Shown: positions 26,942 to 36,296 of the stretch, piece after piece | How the letters are laid out: each line of letters opens with the position of its first letter | Position numbering within the stretch: the first letter of the stretch is position 1 | Source of the DNA: a virus | Lineage: Duplodnaviria; Caudoviricetes | Direction: 5' to 3' (one strand) | Virus record (IMG/VR): IMGVR_UViG_3300043567_000723 | DNA length: 64,000 bases | The notes under the pieces: model-generated | Told to the model about the DNA's origin: nothing | Databases searched by the model: none | Seen by the model: only the letters and a program-made list of their open reading frames with translations | Made by a program: the position numbers and the translations under genes

Positions 26942-26983
26942 AAAGCGCGGTGGATAAATCTACCGTATTCACGCGCTTTTTTT
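26942..26983 (+). terminator. Rho-independent terminator
   Basis: AAAGCGCG...CGCGCTTT followed by a T-run. Confidence 0.7.
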
Positions 26984-27122
26984 AGCTATCAGTATTTCTC
27001 GCCCTTTTCTTCACGCAATCTTTCTGCCAAAATGGGCGTATTCAGCTTGGGAACAGCCGCGCGATCTTATTCATAGCCAACTATTCGGAAATACCTATTA
27101 GTTGGCAGACAAGAGCTACGCC

Positions 27123-28493
27123 ATGCCATTTAGATCTGAAAAGCAACGGCGCTTTCTTTGGGCCGAGCATCCAGATATTGCCAAACGCTGGGCGCACGAG
27201 TATCCGCAGAAGAAAAAACTGCCCATGTACGCAGACGACAAGGATAAAACAAAAATGAACCGCGCATCAGACGTTAAAGCAGCCTGTGATAAGTATATGG
27301 CTCAAATTAAGTTAACAACCGGTCAGAATATTGACGTAAATCCAGTGTTAACAAAGCTTTACGGCAAGTTAAGTAAACAAGCGGATTCCACGACGGTTAA
27401 AATGACGATGCCGCAGGGGACCAAGCCAATGGCCGCGGGAGAAGAACCTGTGGAGCCAGCGAAAACCCAGCAAGATCCAGATTCGGGCTGCGTTACACCG
27501 AAAAAGCCTGAAAACATGATGCTTTCTAAACTCTCGGTTGTGCTTTCGCAGTCGATTATGCAAGCGCTTGAGAACGAAAAAGCCGAGGCAGAGGCCCGAA
27601 ACGCCCAACTTATGCCGGCGAACGCTGGAATTAAACGTTATGCTATGCCAGCTAATGGCACCCCGCCTCCGATGGGTATGGCTCAAAGCGCTGCTCCTGC
27701 TGCGCCCGCTGCTCCGGCAGACCCCGCTCAATCTGGCCAGCTGCCGCCTGTCGGTGGTGGTTCGAACCCGTCGGCGAACCCTATTAATTCCTATGGCGCT
27801 ATCTCTAGTAGCGGCGAAATTAATGGCAACGCAGCTTTCGGTGGCCCCAGCATTGGCAAGCTGGCTTCTTCCCCGGCGTGGCAGCGTAGTGCCGGTAAGA
27901 ATCCAGAAGGTGGCCTCAATGCCAAAGGCCGCGCCAGCTATAACAAAGCCACGGGCGGCAACCTCAAAGCCCCTGTGACGGAGAGTAATCCCACAGGCGA
28001 ACGGGCCTCGCGCCAGAACTCTTTTTGCTCAAGGATGTGTGGCATGAAAAAAGTAAACACCGGCGCTGAAACAAAGAAAGATCCTGATTCGCGCATTAAC
28101 AAATCTCTGCGCAAATGGAACTGCAAATGCTCTAGTGCGTACGAGTTTGGCAAGCAGGCTGGCATATTTAATAGTCTGGCTGGCTTAGTGGGCCGCGGCG
28201 CTACGGCTGCTGTGAAAGCTGCCCCGGTAGCTGCGCCGAAGTTAAATTTCGCAACAGCACATCCGTCTGTGTTAGGCCCACTTGCGTCTGCCCGAGGCCA
28301 AGCTTTACCGGCCGACCTCTGGGATGTACTGCACAAATGGAAAAACCCACGGCCAGCTGTAGCGCCCGCAAACAGGCTTCGCGTAGGCGGAAACCACTGG
28401 AATCGCTTTGGCGAGACTATGACCACACCAGAGCAGCAGCAGGCTTTAAGCGCAGCGACCCAGCGTTGGCGAGATGCTGCCGCGGCGAAATAA
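27123..28493 (+). CDS. Modular putative internal virion protein with K-x-A sites (includes a DUF6321-like module)
   Basis: MPFRSEKQRRFLW module; AWQRSAGKNPEGGLNAKGRASYN...SRINKSLRKWNC module; KAA, KQA, KLA and KQA motifs at the module borders. Confidence 0.7.
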   Translation: MPFRSEKQRRFLWAEHPDIAKRWAHEYPQKKKLPMYADDKDKTKMNRASDVKAACDKYMAQIKLTTGQNIDVNPVLTKLYGKLSKQADSTTVKMTMPQGTKPMAAGEEPVEPAKTQQDPDSGCVTPKKPENMMLSKLSVVLSQSIMQALENEKAEAEARNAQLMPANAGIKRYAMPANGTPPPMGMAQSAAPAAPAAPADPAQSGQLPPVGGGSNPSANPINSYGAISSSGEINGNAAFGGPSIGKLASSPAWQRSAGKNPEGGLNAKGRASYNKATGGNLKAPVTESNPTGERASRQNSFCSRMCGMKKVNTGAETKKDPDSRINKSLRKWNCKCSSAYEFGKQAGIFNSLAGLVGRGATAAVKAAPVAAPKLNFATAHPSVLGPLASARGQALPADLWDVLHKWKNPRPAVAPANRLRVGGNHWNRFGETMTTPEQQQALSAATQRWRDAAAAK

Positions 28494-28610
28494 GCCTAGG
28501 CGCTGATATCTAAATAAAAGCCCTATTTCGGTCATATTCAGTGATGCCCAGTAGTGTATTGGGCTGTCCTGTACCCCGGCTGCACTCTTTGCAGCATAAG
28601 GAGGAGACCG

Positions 28611-28820
28611 ATGATTCTTTGTAAAAAGATCAAGCAGTTTTTCAGTCCACCCATATCGACCGCTCGCCTTAACGCAAAGATTGACGCTGTGGAAAACACC
28701 GTTGATCGTTTGCTGGCCGTGGTCGAACAGTCAATGACAATGCAGCGTGAGCTGGTTGTGTCATACGACGTGCTGTCGCGCAAAGTGGACGGAATCCTGC
28801 AAACCACAGAAGGGAAATAA
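28611..28820 (+). CDS. Small coiled-coil protein
   Basis: GGAGGAG RBS before ATG 28611. Confidence 0.65.
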   Translation: MILCKKIKQFFSPPISTARLNAKIDAVENTVDRLLAVVEQSMTMQRELVVSYDVLSRKVDGILQTTEGK

Positions 28821-28822
28821 CT

Positions 28823-29032
28823 ATGATTACAGAATTTCCCCCTGAGATTCTGCCTGAGTCTGAAGTAGCTCGGCACACCCAAGATTGCGTCGAGAACTGG
28901 CGAAAGACGCTGCCTGCAGAAGAGTTTGCTGAGCTGGAAACGCGCTTGCGGGACCAGTTTAACCAGACTGTAACGCAAGCCGCTGAGATCCTTGTTCGGA
29001 CGTGGTTTAATCAGAAAGTACGTGTCATATGA
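28823..29032 (+). CDS. Small hypothetical protein
   Basis: 69 aa, tightly coupled to its neighbours. Confidence 0.6.
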   Translation: MITEFPPEILPESEVARHTQDCVENWRKTLPAEEFAELETRLRDQFNQTVTQAAEILVRTWFNQKVRVI

Positions 29033-30123
29033 TGAAGCTCTACAACGGGCCAATTCATGACATAGACCTCGACGAACCACCGGATACGCGCTGGATTCAA
29101 TTCGCTAGCTCCCAAGCTGGCGCAATTCATAAGCTCCTTGCCGACATCGAAACATGCGTCGACGAAGAGCTTTCCTCGCGTCTTTGTGCGCCACTTCGTG
29201 CAGTGCTTATGGCTGCACTAAGCGGCGGCGGTTCATTGTTACGCTACGTCGTGAGCTGGTTTGGCGAAGAATACACCCAAGAGTTAGCGTGCATTGCCAA
29301 GCACGCTGACGTACCTGTGGGAAAGCTCATGCTGGGGAATCTCATCTATGACTTTACGTCTCTTTCAGAGATGTACGGTTGTGGCTGCTCCAGCGTGAGT
29401 TTTGAAGTTAACGAGTCGCCGCTTTTGGTTCGAAACATGGACTGGGTTATGCCGCGCAGCACTGGCCGGCATACCAAAGTCATACGCTTTCATCGTGGTG
29501 GCAAAGCCTACACTGCAGTAGGCGTTGCCGGCATGGTGGGTGTTGTTTCAGCCATGAGTGACGACTGGGCGGTGACAGTAAATCAAGCGCCAATAGTAGA
29601 AAAACTAAATACTATTGCTGGTGTGCTGTCGTCGCCCACGCTGCTGTGCAGATGGCCCGCGCTCCAACGCGTTCGGGTCGTTTGTGACCAGCTGCCCAGT
29701 TACAACGGTATGGTACTTGGTCTTCGTGGCCATAAAGCGCTCGTGCCGTTTTTTGCGCACGTCGTTGGCACGAAAACTCGGGAACACACTGTGGTAACGC
29801 ACGTCGGGAATGACTCTACGATTCGCACGAGGCGGCACAGCATTGTGCAAACGAACCATTATGTTGCTGGCGAGTACAAAGCGTACAACATGCCAGAAAT
29901 AACAGCAGATGGTTGTCGGTGGAGTACGTTTAATCGGTATCGAAAAGTTAAGCAACGGCTGCAGACCGCGCTTGACGAGAAAGAGTTTACGCAAGAAGTA
30001 GCTAAGCAACCTGTGCGTGCTTTGAGGCTTCTGGCGTCTGCAACCGACGAGGACACCATGCAACAAATGGTATTGTGGCCCGCGCGGAAGCAAATGGTTC
30101 TAAAAACCCGGCTGAACGGCTGA
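29029..30123 (+). CDS. Ntn-hydrolase of acid ceramidase/NAAA or C45 type
   Basis: Alpha-chain-like N-half (YTQELACIA...GKLMLGNLIYD), then G-CSS nucleophile Cys, LLVRNMDW, AGMVGVVSAM and VQTNH. Confidence 0.75.
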   Translation: MMKLYNGPIHDIDLDEPPDTRWIQFASSQAGAIHKLLADIETCVDEELSSRLCAPLRAVLMAALSGGGSLLRYVVSWFGEEYTQELACIAKHADVPVGKLMLGNLIYDFTSLSEMYGCGCSSVSFEVNESPLLVRNMDWVMPRSTGRHTKVIRFHRGGKAYTAVGVAGMVGVVSAMSDDWAVTVNQAPIVEKLNTIAGVLSSPTLLCRWPALQRVRVVCDQLPSYNGMVLGLRGHKALVPFFAHVVGTKTREHTVVTHVGNDSTIRTRRHSIVQTNHYVAGEYKAYNMPEITADGCRWSTFNRYRKVKQRLQTALDEKEFTQEVAKQPVRALRLLASATDEDTMQQMVLWPARKQMVLKTRLNG

Positions 30124-30244
30124 TAGCTAAATAAAAGCCAAAAGCCGGGTATATCTAATGATGCGAATGTGTTATTCGTGTCCCCATATCAAGTTACATG
30201 GGTTTCGGCGTAACTGTGTTCTCCATGTTTAAGGAGCCTATCAG

Positions 30245-30958
30245 ATGGTTGCTACTGCAAAGAAGAAGGTCAACGTCAAGGCTGCTCGCAAGTCCGGCAC
30301 GGTGAACCGCGCGGGCGCTGGCAAGACTCGTACCAAGGCCAGCACGGCCAAGCCCATGACGTCCAGCGACGTCGAGGCCGTCGTGCACCGCATCATCGAC
30401 GAGCGGTCGATGGTGGCCCGGGTGCGTGAGACGGCTGTGCCCGTGATCGCGGTCGTGTTCGAGGGTCTGCAGAACATCGCCAACTCCGTGTGGGCGTTCT
30501 GTGGCAAGGTGTACACCACCTGCCGCGACGCGCTCACGGCGATGCATCACTGGCTCGGCGCGCAGATGCACGCCGCGGCTGGGCAGTCCAAGAAGGCGTA
30601 CGAGCAGCTGCGTGAGCTGGTCGGCTCCATGAGCATGGAGTCGGCAAGCGCGGCGGTTGTGGGCCTGATGGCCACGGCGGCTGCGGTCGGCATCGCCATC
30701 GTCACTGGCGGCGCTGTCGGCGTTGCCATGACTGGCGTTGCGACGAACCTTGGCGCCAGCGCTGCGGTGGCCCAAGTGACGAGCGTGATTTTCGCGTCGA
30801 TCTCGGCGGTGTGCGTTGCCGAGGTGATGTACGCGCTCGCGCTCGCCGGCCTGAGCGATCAGCTGCTCGCGGCAGCCAAGATCGAGGCTGAGGCCAAGGA
30901 CCGCGCGGCCAAGACCATCGTGGTCAACGCCGTGAAGGTCGCGCCCGTTGGTGCGTGA
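30245..30958 (+). CDS. Membrane protein with Lys-rich N-terminus; atypically G/C-ending codons
   Basis: AAGGAG RBS; basic tail followed by Ala/Val/Gly-rich TM helices; third codon positions almost all C/G. Confidence 0.7.
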   Translation: MVATAKKKVNVKAARKSGTVNRAGAGKTRTKASTAKPMTSSDVEAVVHRIIDERSMVARVRETAVPVIAVVFEGLQNIANSVWAFCGKVYTTCRDALTAMHHWLGAQMHAAAGQSKKAYEQLRELVGSMSMESASAAVVGLMATAAAVGIAIVTGGAVGVAMTGVATNLGASAAVAQVTSVIFASISAVCVAEVMYALALAGLSDQLLAAAKIEAEAKDRAAKTIVVNAVKVAPVGA

Positions 30959-31018
30959 ATTTTTACGCTGGATCTTCCTGACCAGCGTAAAGATCTTTAC
31001 TGTATGTAAAGGTCAAAT

Positions 31019-31052
31019 TGGTGGGTGCCCGCAAGGGTGCCCACCTTTTTTT
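31019..31052 (+). terminator. Rho-independent terminator
   Basis: GGTGGG-TGCCC-GCAA-GGG-TG-CCCACC followed by a T-run. Confidence 0.8.
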
Positions 31053-31123
31053 AGCTATCAGAGGTCGTAAGTTACAATAAACCGAGCTATAATCTGCCTT
31101 TGATATCTAAATCAGGTTGCGCC

Positions 31124-32896
31124 ATGCCGCCCAATGACAATGAAAACGGCGTTGATTTGCGTACGCTCGGTGGTGCGGGTGGCGCTGCGCTCCCCACGAT
31201 TGGCCTGCTGGAGTATTTGTTCTCCACGCTGCCGAAGTATCGCAAACTAATTCAAGACGCCCCTGACTGGTCTACTGTTGACGGCAACGTAGACATGAAC
31301 AAAGCCATGCGCACGCTACGGCCGGGCGATTTTGGCGTGGCTGGTTTGCAGCGTAGCAAATCCGGCCCCTTGGTAAATTTCTTAATCAACGGCTCGGCTA
31401 TTACCTCTGGCGGGCCGGGCGCGCATGGCCAGATGGTCGGGCCGTATATTCAGGCGCCGTACTCTGTAGCGAACACACCCAAAAGCGGTAAGCCCCCGGC
31501 GCTGCCCTTTTTAATGAACGACCGCGGCGAGTTATACAACTCATCACTCGCGCGCAACCGACAGGGCTTCATTGATGAAATTGCGCCAAGCCCGGAGAAC
31601 ACAGAGCAGTATTTAACGTCATACGGCAATACAAAGCGCTACGGAATACTTAAAGAACGCCTACGGGCGATCAGCCAGCAGCTGCAAGAGAACGGCGGTA
31701 CCAAGCAGCTGCGCGGTGAACGCGCACAAACAGTGAGCGATCTGAAGCGCCTTTTGGGTAGTCAATCCTTGCGCGCGTTCTTTGAGGGCACGCCGCAAGC
31801 GCAGGCCAAGAGTACGCTGGCGCGCATTCAGCAACTAGCAGACCAGACGACCGGCGAAGCAGCTACTGGCCAGAAAGCGCGTTTGCTTGACTTAGCGCAG
31901 CGGTTTGCTGGACGTGGTGAAGCTGGCGGAAGATCCACGCAGCTGGCTGAAGAGATCAAACGCACTGTAGAGCGCATGGGCACGCAAGGTAATTTACCCA
32001 GATCTACGTTATTTCGTCCCAAGGCATTTGAGACGTTTGTGCCGACGCTGCATCACGGCGGCATTGGTGGCGCAGCGCGTGATCCTGTGTTTCATATGTT
32101 CGAATCGCTGCCAGAATCCGTGCAGCGCGATATCGCAAAACGACAAGGCATTGGCCTGCGAACACTGCGCAAACAAATGGAGAATAACAAGCGCCAAATG
32201 GTGCTTGATCGCCGGGCGGCTAAGAAAGCGCCGTGGAAATTTAACGCTGGAAGCAGCTTGGGTATAGATAACGTGTACGACGATTTGGCCAGAGACCGCT
32301 CGGCACTATTTCCCGAAGGTTATTACTTCAATCAGCCCCGCGGCACGATCTACGCCCGCGCGGCAGATCACGTAGATGACGCGAAGTTAAACAAAGCACT
32401 GCAGGCTCGTACGGCGACATCGTATGCCTCGGCAGACGCGATGGGGGCCGGCGGTAAAGAAGTCACTGGTATCAATACTATTCGACGGCGCCTTCCCTTT
32501 TTGCAAAAGCTGCCGTTTATTGGGGGTCGTGGAATTGGCTCCAAATCATGCTGGGGCGACCATTGCGGCTCGATGCCGTCGGCTGTTCTTGACGATATTG
32601 GCGCTATAAAACCTAAGCTTCCCCACGCAGACGTTTTGCCCAATACGTTATTAACAGACAAAAACGTTAAGATATTAGGTGTCACGAATAAGCCGTTGAT
32701 CATGAAGCAGCTTATGCAGTCGGCGGGGCGGCGCTCTTTTTTGGGTCTGGGCGCTGCTGGATTGATGGGGGCTGCGGGTTACGGTCTGGGCGCTGTCGGC
32801 AATGCATTAAAAGCATCGCCGGCGAAACCCATGCCTCCGCAGTTGGATCCCCACATGTTTGCACAGGCCCAAAAACTCCTGCAGCCGAGATCATGA
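31124..32896 (+). CDS. Permuted papain-like NlpC/P60 (YiiX/YebB-type) protein with a large insert
   Basis: LRPGDFGV...GAHGQMVG (His first) and, far downstream, HCGSMPSAVL...DVLPNTL (Cys second); C-terminal Gly/Ala TM-like helix. Confidence 0.55.
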   Translation: MPPNDNENGVDLRTLGGAGGAALPTIGLLEYLFSTLPKYRKLIQDAPDWSTVDGNVDMNKAMRTLRPGDFGVAGLQRSKSGPLVNFLINGSAITSGGPGAHGQMVGPYIQAPYSVANTPKSGKPPALPFLMNDRGELYNSSLARNRQGFIDEIAPSPENTEQYLTSYGNTKRYGILKERLRAISQQLQENGGTKQLRGERAQTVSDLKRLLGSQSLRAFFEGTPQAQAKSTLARIQQLADQTTGEAATGQKARLLDLAQRFAGRGEAGGRSTQLAEEIKRTVERMGTQGNLPRSTLFRPKAFETFVPTLHHGGIGGAARDPVFHMFESLPESVQRDIAKRQGIGLRTLRKQMENNKRQMVLDRRAAKKAPWKFNAGSSLGIDNVYDDLARDRSALFPEGYYFNQPRGTIYARAADHVDDAKLNKALQARTATSYASADAMGAGGKEVTGINTIRRRLPFLQKLPFIGGRGIGSKSCWGDHCGSMPSAVLDDIGAIKPKLPHADVLPNTLLTDKNVKILGVTNKPLIMKQLMQSAGRRSFLGLGAAGLMGAAGYGLGAVGNALKASPAKPMPPQLDPHMFAQAQKLLQPRS

Positions 32897-32935
32897 GATA
32901 GCCGACTAAATATACATCTACGACTGGGGGCCGCT

Positions 32936-33778
32936 ATGGACGCGCGCGAATTCTTTGCCCTACTTTTCCGCCACGTGATTCTTATTCTAGCCGGCGCTCA
33001 TGTAGCGCTGGCCGGCACGCGGGACCCCAACACGCCAGACGAAAAGTACGTCGAGTTTGGCAAGCAGTTTCCGTCTGTGCTGCGCATCCGGGCAAATATC
33101 ATTGACCCCGAAAGTAAGTACCCCTACCAGTATGGCTCTGCAGTGGCTATTCGGCCGCACTGGATTCTTACGGCAGCGCATGTGTTAGCCGGCGCTGAGA
33201 ACCCCGTGGCGATTAAAGACGGCGACAAGAAGTTCGCGCTTGGCCCTGTGTTCGTCCATAAAGACTTTGAAGAAGAGACTGTAGGCTTTCACGACATCGC
33301 ATTGCTGTACTCGCCCGAAGATTTTGAGCTAAAGTTTTACACGCCGCTGTATACAGACAAAGATGAAGTTGGCAAGGCTGTGACGATTGCCGGCTATGGT
33401 TTCTACGGGACGTTTCATACGGGCGGCAAACAAATAGATAGCAATAAGCGCGCCGGGCATAACAAAATAGACAGCGCTGAACGCGCGGTTCTTTTATGCA
33501 GCCCCAGTGTGACAAACCGCATGCCGCTAGAATTCATGATTGCTTCTGGGGATTCCGGTGGTGGCTTATTTATCGGCAACGAATTAGCCGGGATTAACTC
33601 TTTTCTCATGGCTACTGACAAAAAACCCGACGGAAGTTACGGCGATGACGCGGCTTTTACCCGTGTGAGTTTGTACGCGGATTGGGTAGAATCACAGATC
33701 GCGGCGTATGAATTAAAGATAGCCGGCAAAGGCACGCTCGCGGCAGATCTAGATTTAATCTCCCCACCTGAAGAGTGA
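32936..33778 (+). CDS. Secreted trypsin-like serine protease (S1)
   Basis: Signal peptide; LTAAH, HDIALL and GDSGGGL catalytic triad motifs. Confidence 0.92.
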   Translation: MDAREFFALLFRHVILILAGAHVALAGTRDPNTPDEKYVEFGKQFPSVLRIRANIIDPESKYPYQYGSAVAIRPHWILTAAHVLAGAENPVAIKDGDKKFALGPVFVHKDFEEETVGFHDIALLYSPEDFELKFYTPLYTDKDEVGKAVTIAGYGFYGTFHTGGKQIDSNKRAGHNKIDSAERAVLLCSPSVTNRMPLEFMIASGDSGGGLFIGNELAGINSFLMATDKKPDGSYGDDAAFTRVSLYADWVESQIAAYELKIAGKGTLAADLDLISPPEE

Positions 33779-34041
33779 TCATGGAAAGTCTGTCGCTGTT
33801 GGTATTGTCGACGTTGATATTTTTACTATTCTGCGCCACATATCTCTGCGGGCCAATCGCCGCATTGTTTGCGGTGAAAAAATGGTCAATCGCCGCAGTG
33901 GTTACCGGAGCGTTTGCGTGCTGGCTCGGTATTTACTTCTTCGTCACGGTAAACACGGAATTTAGATATCTAGGTCTAGTATCAACTGGTTTGGGGCTCT
34001 GGGCGATGTACAAAATCGCGCGCAATATCATGGCGGACTGA
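33775..34041 (+). CDS. Small three-TM membrane protein
   Basis: Entirely hydrophobic 88-aa ORF coupled to the protease gene. Confidence 0.6.
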   Translation: MIMESLSLLVLSTLIFLLFCATYLCGPIAALFAVKKWSIAAVVTGAFACWLGIYFFVTVNTEFRYLGLVSTGLGLWAMYKIARNIMAD

Positions 34042-34042
34042 C

Positions 34043-36223
34043 ATGAGCGAACTTCCAAATAGTATTTCTAGCGCGGTTACGATATGGGCGGCTAAACAGG
34101 CTGACCTAAACCCTGATATTCAGCTGCAAGACCACCAGCAAAGAATCGCCGACAGAATCTCGGGCCAAGATCCCAGATTATTGGTCTATCACGGCCTAGG
34201 TTCGGGGAAATCTTTATCGGCGCTCGCTGCGGCAGAAGAAGCGCAGAACCAGAGCGGCGGGAATTACGGCGTCGTAGTCCCGGCGAGCTTGCGGGGAAAC
34301 TTCCAGAAAGAAATTGGCAAGTTCACGCATGACTCGAATCCAGAGATCATGAGCTACACGGGCTTAGCCTTGGGCAAGAACTTCCAAGAGCAGCCCGACA
34401 CGCTGATCATGGACGAAGCACATAGACTTCGCAATCCACGTTCAGGGGCAGCGCAAGCAGCAGCGCAAGCAGCGGCAAACGCCAAAAGACTCTTACTGCT
34501 CACAGGCTCGCCGATCACAAACTCGCCCAGTGACATGGCGAATTTGTTATCTATGCTGAACAACAAGCAAATTACGCCAGAAGAGTTTGAAGACCGCTAC
34601 GTAGGTTATAAGACAGTCCGGCCGGGCATCATGGGCTGGTTACGGGGCGCAAAGCCCGGCGTCAAGCCAGTCGTAAAGAACGAGGCTGAGTTACGCGCGC
34701 TCCTGAAGGGCAAAGTCGATTATCAGCCCAGCAAGACTCCCGACGGCGTGAACGTACAAGAAGAACAAGTCAAAGTGCCCTTATCAGCCGAGCAGCAAAA
34801 GATCCAAAAAGCTATTCGCACTAAAATTCCACCGGGTTTTCTCTGGAAGCTTGACCAAGAGTTTCCCCTAAGCCGCGACGAACTGGCGAAGTTAAATTCG
34901 TTTATGACGGGCATGCGCCAAGTGAGTCTGTCCACGCAGCCGTTTCGCGTGGACAAAGACCCGGCGAAAGCGTTTACACAGAGCGCGAAGTTACAAAAAG
35001 CATTTGAAGACCTGCGCGCTACGCTGAAAGAAGACAAGCGCAAAAAAGCTATTATCTACTCGAATTTTATTGACTCTGGCTTGGCCCCCTACGCGTCTGC
35101 GTTAGAAAAAGCCAAGATCCCGCATGCGTTTTTCCACGGCGGCGTCAGCCCAAAGGCGCGCCAAGCCGCCGTGGACGCATACAACACGGGCAAGCTTAAA
35201 GCTCTGCTCATTGGCCCTGCGGGCGCCGAAGGCTTGTCTACAAAAGGCACGAGTCTGATCCAGCTCTTAGATCCGCACTGGCATGAGTCGCGCAGTCAGC
35301 AGGCCAAGGGCCGTGGGTTGCGTTTTGACTCGCACGTGGGATTACCAGAAGAACTCAAGAACGTCGCAGTAAAAAGATATCTAAGTGCGTCGCAAAATCC
35401 CAGCTTGCTTGGCAAACTCATGGGCTACAAGCGCGAACGCACCGGCGACGAAGTTCTAGAAAGACTCACAGCCGAAAAAGAACAGATCAACGAAGAGTTT
35501 CGCCGGTTACTTCGCGAAGAAGGCTCGCAGTACGCAAACCAGCAGCAAGAAAAGCTTGGCGCTGCAGCTCCGCCAGACTTTCAGCCAGACTATACGCCGG
35601 GCCAGTTACACGGCATGGGTGTATACAAGTCTTTGTATGAACAAGAGGGCCCGAGATTAGCCAGCTTAGGCGAATGGAAGCCAGAATGGGTCACAGAGCA
35701 TGACCCCAAGGGCTGGCTGGAGTGGTACCAGAACTATAACGCCGGCCGTAGAATCCCCGACGAAGACATGCGGCAGATCAAGCGCTGGGCGAGTTTCAAA
35801 GCACGCCACGGCGGGCCATTTGTAAAGAAACCGTCGCCACGTAGAGGGTGGGCGCTACGAAACTGGGCGATTGACCCAGAGAAGCTAGTATCAAAATCCC
35901 GCGCGGGTGATATCAAAACCATGCTGCAAGAGTATCAAGAGAAAGAGCTGAAAAAATATCTTAAAAAACAGCCCATGCTGGCTGAAAAAACCAGCGCTAA
36001 TATCGCCGCGCCGTTAAAACTCCTGCAAAAGCATGTAATAGCTGTTAGTTCGCGGCCTCTTCCAAAGAAAAAGAAACGCCTGCTACAATATGTAACTGGT
36101 TTACCCCACCCCAAGGTGCCGGTGAAGCGCGTTATTGATAGCATCCTTGACGACGAGACTTCTCATGCCGCTCCCGATGATCTCGCCCAGCAAGCTGCCG
36201 GAGATGCTGCTGTCTCGTCGTAA
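34043..36223 (+). CDS. SNF2-like (SF2) helicase fused to a C-terminal domain of unknown function
   Basis: HGLGSGKS (motif I), MDEAH (II), LTGSP (III), EGLSTKG (V), QAKGRGLR (VI); then PDFQPDYTP...GWLEWYQNYNAGRR..DMRQIKRW domain. Confidence 0.88.
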   Translation: MSELPNSISSAVTIWAAKQADLNPDIQLQDHQQRIADRISGQDPRLLVYHGLGSGKSLSALAAAEEAQNQSGGNYGVVVPASLRGNFQKEIGKFTHDSNPEIMSYTGLALGKNFQEQPDTLIMDEAHRLRNPRSGAAQAAAQAAANAKRLLLLTGSPITNSPSDMANLLSMLNNKQITPEEFEDRYVGYKTVRPGIMGWLRGAKPGVKPVVKNEAELRALLKGKVDYQPSKTPDGVNVQEEQVKVPLSAEQQKIQKAIRTKIPPGFLWKLDQEFPLSRDELAKLNSFMTGMRQVSLSTQPFRVDKDPAKAFTQSAKLQKAFEDLRATLKEDKRKKAIIYSNFIDSGLAPYASALEKAKIPHAFFHGGVSPKARQAAVDAYNTGKLKALLIGPAGAEGLSTKGTSLIQLLDPHWHESRSQQAKGRGLRFDSHVGLPEELKNVAVKRYLSASQNPSLLGKLMGYKRERTGDEVLERLTAEKEQINEEFRRLLREEGSQYANQQQEKLGAAAPPDFQPDYTPGQLHGMGVYKSLYEQEGPRLASLGEWKPEWVTEHDPKGWLEWYQNYNAGRRIPDEDMRQIKRWASFKARHGGPFVKKPSPRRGWALRNWAIDPEKLVSKSRAGDIKTMLQEYQEKELKKYLKKQPMLAEKTSANIAAPLKLLQKHVIAVSSRPLPKKKKRLLQYVTGLPHPKVPVKRVIDSILDDETSHAAPDDLAQQAAGDAAVSS

Positions 36224-36296
36224 ACTCTTTGAAGCTATCGCCGCGAACGTCGCAAAACGAAAAATTCAAAACTCCATTCAAGCCACAGGTGACAGA

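Noticed and set aside
36135-36296. N-terminal extension of the 599-aa ORF
   Set aside because: Overlaps the helicase 3-prime end; ATG 36297 gives a leader matching the paralogous QFG...KQA pattern.
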